Assembly (NCBI GenBank): GCA_964644695.1
Contig: CAZXWN010000010.1
Location: 1-64,000, forward strand
Source: an uncultured bacterium
GTDB taxonomy: Bacteria > UBP4 > UBA4092
DNA length: 64,000 bases
Direction: 5' to 3'
Shown: positions 19,545 through 28,791 of the stretch, in pieces
Numbering within the stretch: the stretch's first letter is position 1
How the letters are laid out: every line of letters begins with the position of its first letter
Notes under the pieces: generated by a model
Databases searched by the model: none
Seen by the model: only the letters and a program-made list of their open reading frames with translations
Told to the model about the DNA's origin: nothing
Position numbers and translations under genes: made by a program

Positions 19545-19562
19545 TTATGATAATGAGGCCTT

Positions 19563-20504
19563 ATGGAACTCAAATCTAGACACCTGCTGGGCTTGGAACA
19601 TCTGGACAAGTCCGAAATTGAACTCATCCTGCAGACAGCCAAACCATTTAAAGAAATATTTACCCGGTCGGTTAAAAAAGTGCCTGCACTCCGGGGTAGA
19701 ACTGTTGTTAATTTATTCTTTGAGCCCTCCACTCGGACTCGTACTTCTTTTGAATTGGCCGCCAAACGACTCTCCGCTGATGTGGTAAACATTGCCATTG
19801 CACAATCTTCCGTAGTGAAGGGGGAATCCCTTCTGGATACGGTTCAAACCGTGGAAGCCATGAAGACGGATTTCCTTGTGATTCGGCATGCCTGTGCCGG
19901 AGTTCCGCATTTTCTCGCCTCACGAGTTAAATCAGCGATTGTTAATGCCGGCGACGGGCAGCATGCCCATCCAACCCAGGGTTTACTCGATTTGTTCACC
20001 ATTTGGGAAACAAAAAAACGGATAGATGGACTTCATGTCGCTATTGTCGGGGACATTCGGCACAGCCGAGTGGCCCGATCTAATATCTTTGCACTTACCA
20101 AACTTGGGGCGAAAGTGACCCTGGTAGGACCTCCCACCTTAATACCCCCTGATATTCAAAAACTGGGTGTGAATGTATCTTATAGTCTGGATGCTGTTGT
20201 GGAAGATGCGGATGTCATCAATATTCTTCGGTTGCAGCTTGAGCGCCAGAAAAAGAATATGTTTCCTTCCATTCGTGAATACCATGCAATATGGGGCATG
20301 AATGGAGAACGGCTTCGCAAGGCCAAAAAAGATGTCATGATCATGCATCCGGGACCTATGAATCGGGGCGTGGAAATATCTCCCGATGTGGCCGATAGTC
20401 CCCAGTCCCACATTCTCGAACAGGTCACCAATGGGGTGGCGGTTCGGATGGCAGTTCTTTATTTACTGGCTGGTGGGCGTCACGAAAAAGTCGAAACCGA
20501 ATAA
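19563..20504 (+). CDS. pyrB: Aspartate carbamoyltransferase catalytic subunit
   Basis: FFEPSTRTRTSFE, NAGDG.H.HPTQ, HPGPMNRGVEI. Confidence 0.97.
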   Translation: MELKSRHLLGLEHLDKSEIELILQTAKPFKEIFTRSVKKVPALRGRTVVNLFFEPSTRTRTSFELAAKRLSADVVNIAIAQSSVVKGESLLDTVQTVEAMKTDFLVIRHACAGVPHFLASRVKSAIVNAGDGQHAHPTQGLLDLFTIWETKKRIDGLHVAIVGDIRHSRVARSNIFALTKLGAKVTLVGPPTLIPPDIQKLGVNVSYSLDAVVEDADVINILRLQLERQKKNMFPSIREYHAIWGMNGERLRKAKKDVMIMHPGPMNRGVEISPDVADSPQSHILEQVTNGVAVRMAVLYLLAGGRHEKVETE

Positions 20505-20536
20505 TATCTTTAATATACCGGCTCTGTTTGTAAAAG

Positions 20537-20554
20537 GCTCCCCGCCTTTTCAAG
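20537..20554 (+). repeat. Truncated copy of the REP-like element
   Basis: gctccccgccttttcaag, 18/18 match to 1555-1572 and 23333-23350. Confidence 0.7.
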
Positions 20555-20635
20555 AAGAAATATTTATTTTCCGATAAACTGGTGCTGAGCACTGGACTTT
20601 CATCTAATCAACACCATAAAGGGATGGAATAAAAG

Positions 20636-21991
20636 ATGAAAAAGTTTTTTATACGGATGATTTGTTTAAGTCTGCTGATAGGGTTTTCCTTTATTTCTGA
20701 TGGTTATAGTGCTGCAGTGCCCGTGGTTAAAGAAGATACCCCACTAATAAAAGCTGTTATGAAGGGGCAGATTGATAGTGTCAAACACTTATTAGATAAC
20801 GGTGCAAAAGTAAATGTAAGAAACAATAATGGTGATTCACCTCTGATGATTGCAGCTGTTGATGGAAATTTTGAGATTGTTAAATTACTGGTACAAAACG
20901 GTGCGGAAGTGAATTTTCAAAATCCGTATTTCGGTGGAACAGCCTTGATTGGAGCTGCCGAGAATAATCATGTGGATATTGTTAAATTCTTACTGGATAA
21001 CAGTGCAAAGGTAAATGCACGGAAGAAAATTGATGGAACGACAGCCTTGATTGTGGGTGCGCATAATCCAAAAATAGTAAAGCTTTTATTGGACAAAGGT
21101 GCGGATATCAACATAAAACGTACAGATAATGGATCCTCCGCCATATTGGAATCGGTTTATGACTCACCAGAGTCTTTCAATCTTCTGTTTGAAAAAGGTG
21201 CGGATATTACGGTACAAAATAAATCAGGACAGACTGTTTTACTTAAGGCCGCACAATACGATCATCCCGATATTGTGAATTGTCTGATTAATACCGGAAA
21301 ATTTGATGACAACTCAGTATTTTTGGCGTCCGCAGCGATTGGTTCTCTTGATACGGTACGAGAACTGATGATTAAAAAAGGGATTAATGTTGATGTAAGA
21401 GATAGTATCAAGCGTACGGCTTTAATTTATGCGGCGATGAACAGCCGCAACGATGTTATTCAATATCTCTTATCCCAGGGAGCCAGTCTGAATGCCAGAG
21501 ATAATGAGGGTGATTCAGCCTTGATTCATGCAGCGACTAGTGATAACTCCGAAACAGTGAAGTTGTTTTTGGACAAGGGTGTTGATATCAATCAAAGGAA
21601 TAACGATGGCCAGACACCTCTGATAAAGGCTGCATGTTATGGCAATTTAACGACTGTTAAATGCCTTGTCTCCAGGGGAGCGGATGTGAATGCAAAAGAC
21701 GCAACATACGGTCAGACAGCCTTAATGTACGCTCTTTTTAATCAAGAATATTTTGATACCGTGAAGTTCCTGATAGATAACGGTGCGGATGTGAATGTGA
21801 AATCCATAAATAACTTAACACCCTTGATGTATGCAGCAGACACGGGTGACCCGCGCGCTGTTAAGTTATTGTTATCAAAAGGTGCCCGTGTGAATGCAAA
21901 AACCACTAACAATCTAACAGCATTGAAGTATGCCATTCATAACGGTCATTCTCAAGTTGTTAAAATCCTGAAAGCCGCTGGCGCTAAATAA
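20636..21991 (+). CDS. Secreted ankyrin-repeat protein (13 repeats counted by eye)
   Basis: Signal peptide MKKFFIRMICLSLLIGFSFISDGYSA; repeated TPL/TALxxA...G...VKxLLxxGAxVN. Confidence 0.93.
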   Translation: MKKFFIRMICLSLLIGFSFISDGYSAAVPVVKEDTPLIKAVMKGQIDSVKHLLDNGAKVNVRNNNGDSPLMIAAVDGNFEIVKLLVQNGAEVNFQNPYFGGTALIGAAENNHVDIVKFLLDNSAKVNARKKIDGTTALIVGAHNPKIVKLLLDKGADINIKRTDNGSSAILESVYDSPESFNLLFEKGADITVQNKSGQTVLLKAAQYDHPDIVNCLINTGKFDDNSVFLASAAIGSLDTVRELMIKKGINVDVRDSIKRTALIYAAMNSRNDVIQYLLSQGASLNARDNEGDSALIHAATSDNSETVKLFLDKGVDINQRNNDGQTPLIKAACYGNLTTVKCLVSRGADVNAKDATYGQTALMYALFNQEYFDTVKFLIDNGADVNVKSINNLTPLMYAADTGDPRAVKLLLSKGARVNAKTTNNLTALKYAIHNGHSQVVKILKAAGAK

Positions 21992-22231
21992 CAGTGTGCT
22001 GAAAGATTGAATAAAACTATAAAACGGGGCATTCCATTTATACATTAGGGGTTTATACCGGTGTTTATAAGAAAAGAACCGGCGTGTTTTGGATAGATGA
22101 AGAAAATTCCAGTGGAAATAATTTTGAAAAGGTTAATAATAAATATGTTTCAAATATAGTTTTATTATATTCACACATTACTTGATTTAATGATAACGAT
22201 GCCAAGAAGAAAAGGATTTGTTTAAGACGTT

Positions 22232-23095
22232 ATGAAAAACTATCAAACAGTAAAACTATATCTTTTTGAGGGAATTCCCAATGGCGCAAAAAAAATACAA
22301 GTAAGTAATTGGTCTGGTCTTGCTTTTCTGATTCCCAGAAATAGAATCAAGGTTGTTGATGATCGTGATGAATTCAAAAAACAATGTTTATATTTCTTGG
22401 TTAGTGATCTGTCTGGAGACCCTGAAGTCTATATTGGGGAGGCTGAAAATTTCCAAAAGAGAATCTCCCAACATAATAGGAATAGTGATAAGGATTTTTG
22501 GAATATATGTATAGTTTTTATGTCAAAAGATGAAAACTTGTCAAAAGCGCATGTCAAATATTTAGAAGCAACTTTTATATCTGATTGTAGGATAGCTAAT
22601 CGAGCAAAAAAACTTCATAACCGTAACAATCCCGAGGGTTCGAGACTTCCAGAGGAAGATTGTGCTGAGATGGAGGCGTTTAAAGAATATGTGAAGTTAG
22701 TACTTTCATCTATTGGGTACACTTTTCATGAAAATGTTAAATCTGAAGATAGAGTAATTGATAAATATCATATTAAAGTAGGTGATTATGTTACAGAGGG
22801 TATACGGAATTCAGAAGGCATGATTATTATTGAAGGATCAAAAATAGCAAAAAAAGAGTTAGATGAAAATAAATACAAATTATGGACTGAATACCGTAAT
22901 AAATACTTGGTTGAACAGTCTATAAAAGATGATGGTGATTACTATCTGGTAATGAAAAATATTGCTTTTTCAAGTGTTTCAACGGCGGCTGGGTTTGTTC
23001 AAGGACGAAATGCTAATGGTTGGAAAGAATGGAAGAATGATAATGGGAAAACTCTTGATGAAATTGAACGAAAAAGCATGAAGGCTAGTGGATAG
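22232..23095 (+). CDS. GIY-YIG nuclease family protein with DUF4357-like C-terminal domain
   Basis: LYFL...VYIGEAE..KRISQH; C-terminal FSSVSTAAGFVQGRNANGWKEWK; AT-rich. Confidence 0.8.
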   Translation: MKNYQTVKLYLFEGIPNGAKKIQVSNWSGLAFLIPRNRIKVVDDRDEFKKQCLYFLVSDLSGDPEVYIGEAENFQKRISQHNRNSDKDFWNICIVFMSKDENLSKAHVKYLEATFISDCRIANRAKKLHNRNNPEGSRLPEEDCAEMEAFKEYVKLVLSSIGYTFHENVKSEDRVIDKYHIKVGDYVTEGIRNSEGMIIIEGSKIAKKELDENKYKLWTEYRNKYLVEQSIKDDGDYYLVMKNIAFSSVSTAAGFVQGRNANGWKEWKNDNGKTLDEIERKSMKASG

Positions 23096-23332
23096 GCACG
23101 GTAAATACAAAGACCGGCATTTTGAAAAACTAAAATGAACTGAACTTGTGATAATTCTAAAAGATAGAAAAGTTTACAAATTAGGTTATTGATATTTTGT
23201 TCTTACTTTTAAGCTCCCCATACTCCACCTTGGATTAATCCTTCCCTGTTCTTAAGCTCTCTTAGTTTCGTCCTTGCTCTTGTACTTAGCACCCCTGACT
23301 TAGCTCTTTTCCTGCTCTTGCTCTGTTCTTAA

Positions 23333-23457
23333 GCTCCCCGCCTTTTCAAGGAGGGGTGGCGTTCTTCAGCCGGGGTGGTTAGCCCTTCCACTCTCCCCAA
23401 TCTTTCCTTCCCCATTCCTATTGGACCCATAGGACCTATAAGACCTATCGGACCTAT
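23333..23457 (+). repeat. REP-like element copy 2, preceded by a pyrimidine-rich CTTxxx tract (about 23240-23330)
   Basis: Homologous to 1555-1679, including the four 9-mer repeats. Confidence 0.85.
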
Positions 23458-23532
23458 TCCTCTTCCAATCCTTTTATTCCTCAAAATTTTATCCATAAGA
23501 CAGAAATCCCATCTTCACCTAAAATATTAATA

Positions 23533-24582
23533 ATGAAAACTTCTGATTTCTATTTCGATTTACCCAAAGAATTGATTGCTCAGACTCCCCCTGACCTCCG
23601 GGGTAACTCGCGTTTGATGGTGCTTCATCGCACCACGGGTGAAATTGAGCACCGCCAATTCTCTGATATTGTTGAATATCTCCGGCCAAACGATGTCCTG
23701 GTGGTGAATGACTCCAGAGTCATCCCCGCCCGACTCTATGGGGCCAATGCCGCCTCTGAATCCCCCGTGGAACTGCTCTTAGTGGAACGGATAGACACTC
23801 ACACCTGGCTGGCGATGGTTCACCCGGGGAAAAAATGCCGTCCCGGAGCCACTCTGACTTTTGGAAATGGTAAATTGACCGCAGAAGTGCTGCCTTCCAC
23901 TCACGATTATTATCGGACTGTCCGCTTCACCTTTTCCGGTACTTGGGAAACCATGTTGGCGGAACTCGGCACCATGCCGGTCCCTCCCTATATCCACCGT
24001 GACCGGTCTGACACCGAACTGTTGAATCTGGATAAAACCCGCTATCAGACAGTGTATGCCCGTGAGGAGGGATCCATCGCAGCACCCACCGCCGGCCTTC
24101 ACTTCACCGAGGAACTTCTCCAGTCCATCGAATCAAAAGGAATCCCCGTTCTCCGGGTCACCCTTCATGTCGGCACAGGGACTTTCCTTCCCGTGAAAAC
24201 CGAATCCATCGAAGACCACCCCATGCATGAAGAACGATACCTCTTGTCTCCGGAAACCGTGAACCGTATCCATCAGGCAAAACGGGACGGAGGACGAGTT
24301 ATTGCCGTCGGAACGACTACCACCCGGGTCCTTGAATCGGTGGCCGATGACAAGGGTAACCTCACACCCGGACCGGGAGCTACCCGCATCTTCATTTATC
24401 CCGGATATCGATTCAAATGTGTGGATGACTTGATTACTAATTTCCATCTCCCGGAATCCACCCTGGTCATGTTGGTCTCTGCTCTGGCGGACCGTGAGAA
24501 AGTCCTTCACGCCTACCACGAAGCCGTTGCCCATCAGTACCGGTTCTATTCCTATGGGGATGCGATGTTTATTACTCAATAA
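23533..24582 (+). CDS. queA: tRNA preQ1(34) S-adenosylmethionine ribosyltransferase-isomerase
   Basis: DLPKELIAQTP, RYQTVYA..EGSIAAPTAGLHF, TNFHLPESTL, YRFYSYGDAM. Confidence 0.97.
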   Translation: MKTSDFYFDLPKELIAQTPPDLRGNSRLMVLHRTTGEIEHRQFSDIVEYLRPNDVLVVNDSRVIPARLYGANAASESPVELLLVERIDTHTWLAMVHPGKKCRPGATLTFGNGKLTAEVLPSTHDYYRTVRFTFSGTWETMLAELGTMPVPPYIHRDRSDTELLNLDKTRYQTVYAREEGSIAAPTAGLHFTEELLQSIESKGIPVLRVTLHVGTGTFLPVKTESIEDHPMHEERYLLSPETVNRIHQAKRDGGRVIAVGTTTTRVLESVADDKGNLTPGPGATRIFIYPGYRFKCVDDLITNFHLPESTLVMLVSALADREKVLHAYHEAVAHQYRFYSYGDAMFITQ

Positions 24583-24643
24583 CGACCCTGTATTTCCCAA
24601 ACCAATTTCCTACAAATCTCGAATGTCTCCCCTCTGTCCCAAG

Positions 24644-24665
24644 AACGAAGCAGAAACGAAGAGGG
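24644..24665 (+). repeat. Second dispersed repeat copy 2
   Basis: aacgaagcagaaacgaagaggg, similar to 1725 and 47930. Confidence 0.55.
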
Positions 24666-24813
24666 TCAATTTTAATTTATAACCCCCAGATTAAAGTTAT
24701 AGTCTCACCTGTTGTTTAAATTAATTTGAACATTCCAAAAACTCTCTCCAAATCGGGGCGTATAATAGAAATACCATTTATGTAATATTGTTAAATCCCC
24801 GTGAGGTTGAATA

Positions 24814-26259
24814 ATGGCCGATTACCCAATTAAATCTATCAGTGCCGACACCCTTGAAAAACTCGCCAAAGAAGCCTTATCCACATTTGAAGTTCCGGGA
24901 TGTGCGATTGCTATTGTCACCCGGGATAAAGTCCTTCATGAGGTTGGGTTTGGTGTCCGCGATATTACGAAAAAAGACCCCATAGACCCCGACACTCTCT
25001 TTGTGATTGCCTCCTGCACCAAATCCTTTTGTACAATGAGCCTTGCCCAGTTAGTCGATGCCGGCAAACTCGACTGGTACAAACCTGTCCGGGATTATAT
25101 GCCGGACTTTCGGTTATGGGATGAGACGGCAACGGCCCAAACTACCGCACGGGATCTTGTTTCGCATCAAACCGGTTTACCTCGACATGATACCATGTGG
25201 TACAAATCTGGCCTGTCTCAGGCCGAAGTGTTTCAAAGACTTCGGTATCTGGAACCCAATAAGGGATTCCGGGAAAGCTATCAATACAATAACCTGATGT
25301 ATATGGTGGCCGGACTTCTTGTGGAACGGATTACGGGAATGTCCTGGAATGATTATGTCCGCCAGAACATCCTGGACCCCCTTGGAATGAAAGAGACCCA
25401 TTTCTCCAATACAGAAACCCCATCCCGGCCAAACTATGCTCTCCCTCATCGTAAATATAAGGGAAAAGTTCGCCTGATACCTTTCTTGAATGTGGACGAA
25501 ATTACTCCCGGCGGTGGAATGATTTCCTGTATCCGTGAAATGAAAAACTGGGTTCAGTTCCACATGGGTGATGGCACCTGGAAAGGGCAGAAGATTATCT
25601 CTTCAACCCAGTTAGATATGATTCACCGGCCCCATGTTGCCACAGAAGAAAAACCTGATTTCCCCGAACTATTCCATACTTCCTATGGTCTGGGTTGGAA
25701 CATCCGCAGCCTTCGGGGGCATGAAATTGTGGCCCATCCCGGGAATCTGGAAGGGTTCTCGGCCCTGCAATCCTTCTCGCCTGCACATGGTGTCGGGATG
25801 ATTATTCTCAATAACCGGGCCGGGTCCAAACTTCCCTTCGCACTCTCCTGGGCCTTGTATGACCGCCTCTTCGGGTTATCTCCGATTGACTGGATCGGCC
25901 GTTACCGGGCGAAAGAAGAAAAAGATGCCAATGATGCCCTTAATTATCAGAAATCCCTGGATAAAGGACGGGTCTCTGGCACAACTCCGACCCATGATTT
26001 GAAAGAATATACCGGAGTTTATACGAACCCCGCCTATGGAAAAGCCGAAATTGAACTTAAGGATGGGAAACTGGTTATGTCATTCCATGACATGATTTTT
26101 AATCTATCCCATCACCATTACAACCTGTTCAAAGGCAAAAACGACCTGTTTGATCTTCAAGTCCGTATGTCTTTCCATCTGGACCTGAAAGGAAAGATTA
26201 ACAAGGTGGGGATTGACCTGATGCCGGAACTTAAAAAAGATATCGAATTTACGAGATAA
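24814..26259 (+). CDS. Serine hydrolase (beta-lactamase/PBP fold) with DUF3471-like C-terminal domain
   Basis: SxxK (ASCTK), YxN (YNN), HPG; C-terminal YTGVYTNPAYG. Confidence 0.88.
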   Translation: MADYPIKSISADTLEKLAKEALSTFEVPGCAIAIVTRDKVLHEVGFGVRDITKKDPIDPDTLFVIASCTKSFCTMSLAQLVDAGKLDWYKPVRDYMPDFRLWDETATAQTTARDLVSHQTGLPRHDTMWYKSGLSQAEVFQRLRYLEPNKGFRESYQYNNLMYMVAGLLVERITGMSWNDYVRQNILDPLGMKETHFSNTETPSRPNYALPHRKYKGKVRLIPFLNVDEITPGGGMISCIREMKNWVQFHMGDGTWKGQKIISSTQLDMIHRPHVATEEKPDFPELFHTSYGLGWNIRSLRGHEIVAHPGNLEGFSALQSFSPAHGVGMIILNNRAGSKLPFALSWALYDRLFGLSPIDWIGRYRAKEEKDANDALNYQKSLDKGRVSGTTPTHDLKEYTGVYTNPAYGKAEIELKDGKLVMSFHDMIFNLSHHHYNLFKGKNDLFDLQVRMSFHLDLKGKINKVGIDLMPELKKDIEFTR

Positions 26260-26268
26260 TTATAAATT

Positions 26269-26307
26269 AAAAGTCCTCCCCATTTTGAAGTGGGGAGGAC
26301 TTTTTTT
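26269..26307. terminator. Bidirectional intrinsic terminator between convergent genes
   Basis: aaaagtcctcccca...tggggaggactttttt. Confidence 0.85.
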
Positions 26308-26339
26308 ATTGCACTAAATTGTAGGATGGGTAACTCTAC

Positions 26340-27746
26340 TTAAATCAGTTGTTTCCGCCATCGGGTACCCTGGGGCCCGTCTTCAAGGGCGATTCCCAGC
26401 GCTATCAGTTGGTCGCGGATACTGTCTGATGCGGCAAAGTCTTTCCGGGCACGGGCTTCCTGACGCATCTTGATGAGTAATTGAATCACTCCATCCAGAG
26501 CTGCTTCACTGTCACCTGCTGTATTGGTTTGGAATATACCAAAGACTCCTCCAAACACCATCAGGGTCTTCCATCCATTCATCAGGAATTCTTTATCTCC
26601 ATCGGTTAATTTCTTGGACGTCATCTTCTGATTCAGGTTGGTGACTAAATCAAATACCACCGACATGGCCTTGGAAGTATTGAAATCATCATCCATAGCT
26701 TCTTCGAAGCGGTCTGTATAATCTTTCAACACAACGGCCTGTTCACTCATCGATTCCAGCTGAAGTTTTAGGTTTTCCAGACAGTTATAAACGCGTTGAA
26801 GGGCTGAATTGGCTTCTTTTAATGAATCTTCTGAGAAATCCAGTGGAGACCGGTAATGGGAAGACAACATGAAATACCGAATTGCATCTACAGAATATTC
26901 TTTCAGGGCATTCCGGACCGTAACAAAATTCCCTAACGATTTGGACATCTTTTCTCCGTCCATCTTCAGGAAGGCCACATGGAGCCAGTAATTGGCAAAG
27001 GGTTTCCCCGTTGCCCCCTCTGACTGAGCAATCTCGTTCTCATGGTGTGGGAATACCAAATCCTCGCCGCCGCAATGGATATCAAAAGTCTCTCCAAGGT
27101 AACGGCAGGCCATGGCGGAACACTCAATGTGCCATCCCGGACGACCTTTTCCCCACGGGCTGTCCCAGGAGGGTTCACCCGGCTTGGCACTCTTCCATAA
27201 GGCGAAATCCAACGGGTCTTGTTTCCGTTCATCGACGGCAATCCTAGCCCCTGACTGTAAATCATCAATATTCCGGCCGGATAATTTCCCATAACCGGGG
27301 AAACTCCGCACTCGATAATAAACATCCCCTTCGATGGCGTAGGCCCGGTCATTGGCAATCAGTTTTTCAACCAGGGCAATGATCTCAGGGATATGGTCAG
27401 TGGCGCGGGGGTGGATATCCGCGGGAAGGATGCCCAGGGCAATCGAATCTTCATGAAAAGCGCGGCTGTATTTCTTGGCAACGGCTTCCGGGGTGGTCTC
27501 TTCCTCATGGGCACGATTAATAATCTTATCGTCCACATCAGTCAGGTTCTGAACAAAAGTAACCTGATACCCTTTATATTCCATATATCTCCGGAACAAG
27601 TCATATACCAGAAAGGTACGACCATTACCGATATGAAAATAATTGTACACAGTCGGACCGCAGGCATACATCTTTATCTGTGGTGGATTCAAGGGCTGGA
27701 ACTCTTCCAGCTGTCGGGTCATCGTGTTATATAATCGCAGCGCCAT
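26340..27746 (-). CDS. cysS: Cysteine--tRNA ligase
   Basis: YACGPTVY..FHIGN, GRPGWHIECSAM, KMSKS. Confidence 0.98.
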   Translation of the reverse strand: MALRLYNTMTRQLEEFQPLNPPQIKMYACGPTVYNYFHIGNGRTFLVYDLFRRYMEYKGYQVTFVQNLTDVDDKIINRAHEEETTPEAVAKKYSRAFHEDSIALGILPADIHPRATDHIPEIIALVEKLIANDRAYAIEGDVYYRVRSFPGYGKLSGRNIDDLQSGARIAVDERKQDPLDFALWKSAKPGEPSWDSPWGKGRPGWHIECSAMACRYLGETFDIHCGGEDLVFPHHENEIAQSEGATGKPFANYWLHVAFLKMDGEKMSKSLGNFVTVRNALKEYSVDAIRYFMLSSHYRSPLDFSEDSLKEANSALQRVYNCLENLKLQLESMSEQAVVLKDYTDRFEEAMDDDFNTSKAMSVVFDLVTNLNQKMTSKKLTDGDKEFLMNGWKTLMVFGGVFGIFQTNTAGDSEAALDGVIQLLIKMRQEARARKDFAASDSIRDQLIALGIALEDGPQGTRWRKQLI

Positions 27747-27880
27747 CGGTTCAGTTCCCTTTTTTTGAATAATATCTATTAGAAAAGATTAACAAACCGC
27801 CCCCATCTTCGTCAAAGCCTAAAGAAAAAGAGACTGGATATCATCCAGTCTCTATTCTTTACATTCTCTAATAATTTAGT

Positions 27881-28567
27881 TTATGGTTTTATGGCTTTAA
27901 CGATTAATGTACGCCCCAGAGTCGGAAACCACTTTGCCAATAATAGACTGGACAGTGACCCTGTTCCAAAGTTGATAATATCAGATTGATATTCAACAAC
28001 TTTGAATCCTTTGAATTCAAGGAAGGATATTAACAGCTCTTTTGTATAGAACCTTATATGACCAGCCGTTGCATTTTTAGGAAATCCAAAAGAAGCCTCA
28101 AAATAAGGGTTTTTTCCTAATAAAAGATATATTCGACGGCCAAAAGATGCTACATTTGGAGTGGAAATGACCAAACTTCCGCCAGGTTTTAATATTCTTT
28201 TGATTTCATCCAGAAAAAACTCTGTATCAAGAATGTGTTCCAGGATTTCTCCGGCCAGTACGCCATCAAACATATTGTCTTCAAACTGGAAGGGTGACTC
28301 AAGGTCTTGGGTTGTTACAATAAGTCCCTTTTCTCTGGCTAATTTCGTGGCTTCTTCGTTGACTTCAATTCCGTAAACCTTATTCCCCTGATCAATAAGT
28401 TGTTTTCCGATGGAACCTTCATAACATCCAACATCTAAAACTGTTTTTCCTGTTCCAATCATTTGCAACATAGTGCCAATACGAACTTTTTCAGCGGGAC
28501 TCAAATAATCAGCATGTCCATCAACATAATAGTCTTTTGCATAATCTGCAGTCTTTTTTGAGCTCAT
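27881..28567 (-). CDS. Class I SAM-dependent methyltransferase
   Basis: VLDVGCYEG, GEILEH, RILKPGG.L.ISTPN; AGGAGG SD before ATG 28567. Confidence 0.88.
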   Translation of the reverse strand: MSSKKTADYAKDYYVDGHADYLSPAEKVRIGTMLQMIGTGKTVLDVGCYEGSIGKQLIDQGNKVYGIEVNEEATKLAREKGLIVTTQDLESPFQFEDNMFDGVLAGEILEHILDTEFFLDEIKRILKPGGSLVISTPNVASFGRRIYLLLGKNPYFEASFGFPKNATAGHIRFYTKELLISFLEFKGFKVVEYQSDIINFGTGSLSSLLLAKWFPTLGRTLIVKAIKP

Positions 28568-28791
28568 CAAATTCCTCCTATATATAAGTCCGATTGATTA
28601 TAAATCATAAACCCAATAAATTTTTACAATTTATTAAAAAAATACTTGTAGGGCAAAGCTGCTTCGAGAATGTCTGCTTACATAGATAAAGAGAAAAATA
28701 TTGGCTAAAAAAAGTTGCATTAAAAGAACGAACGTATTAATATGACGGTAATTAACTCTATTTAAACGATGCGGTTTATTCAAAGGAGACG

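Noticed and set aside
24814-26259. Antibiotic-resistance beta-lactamase
   Set aside because: No signal peptide, and the architecture fits the broad peptidase/esterase serine hydrolase family.
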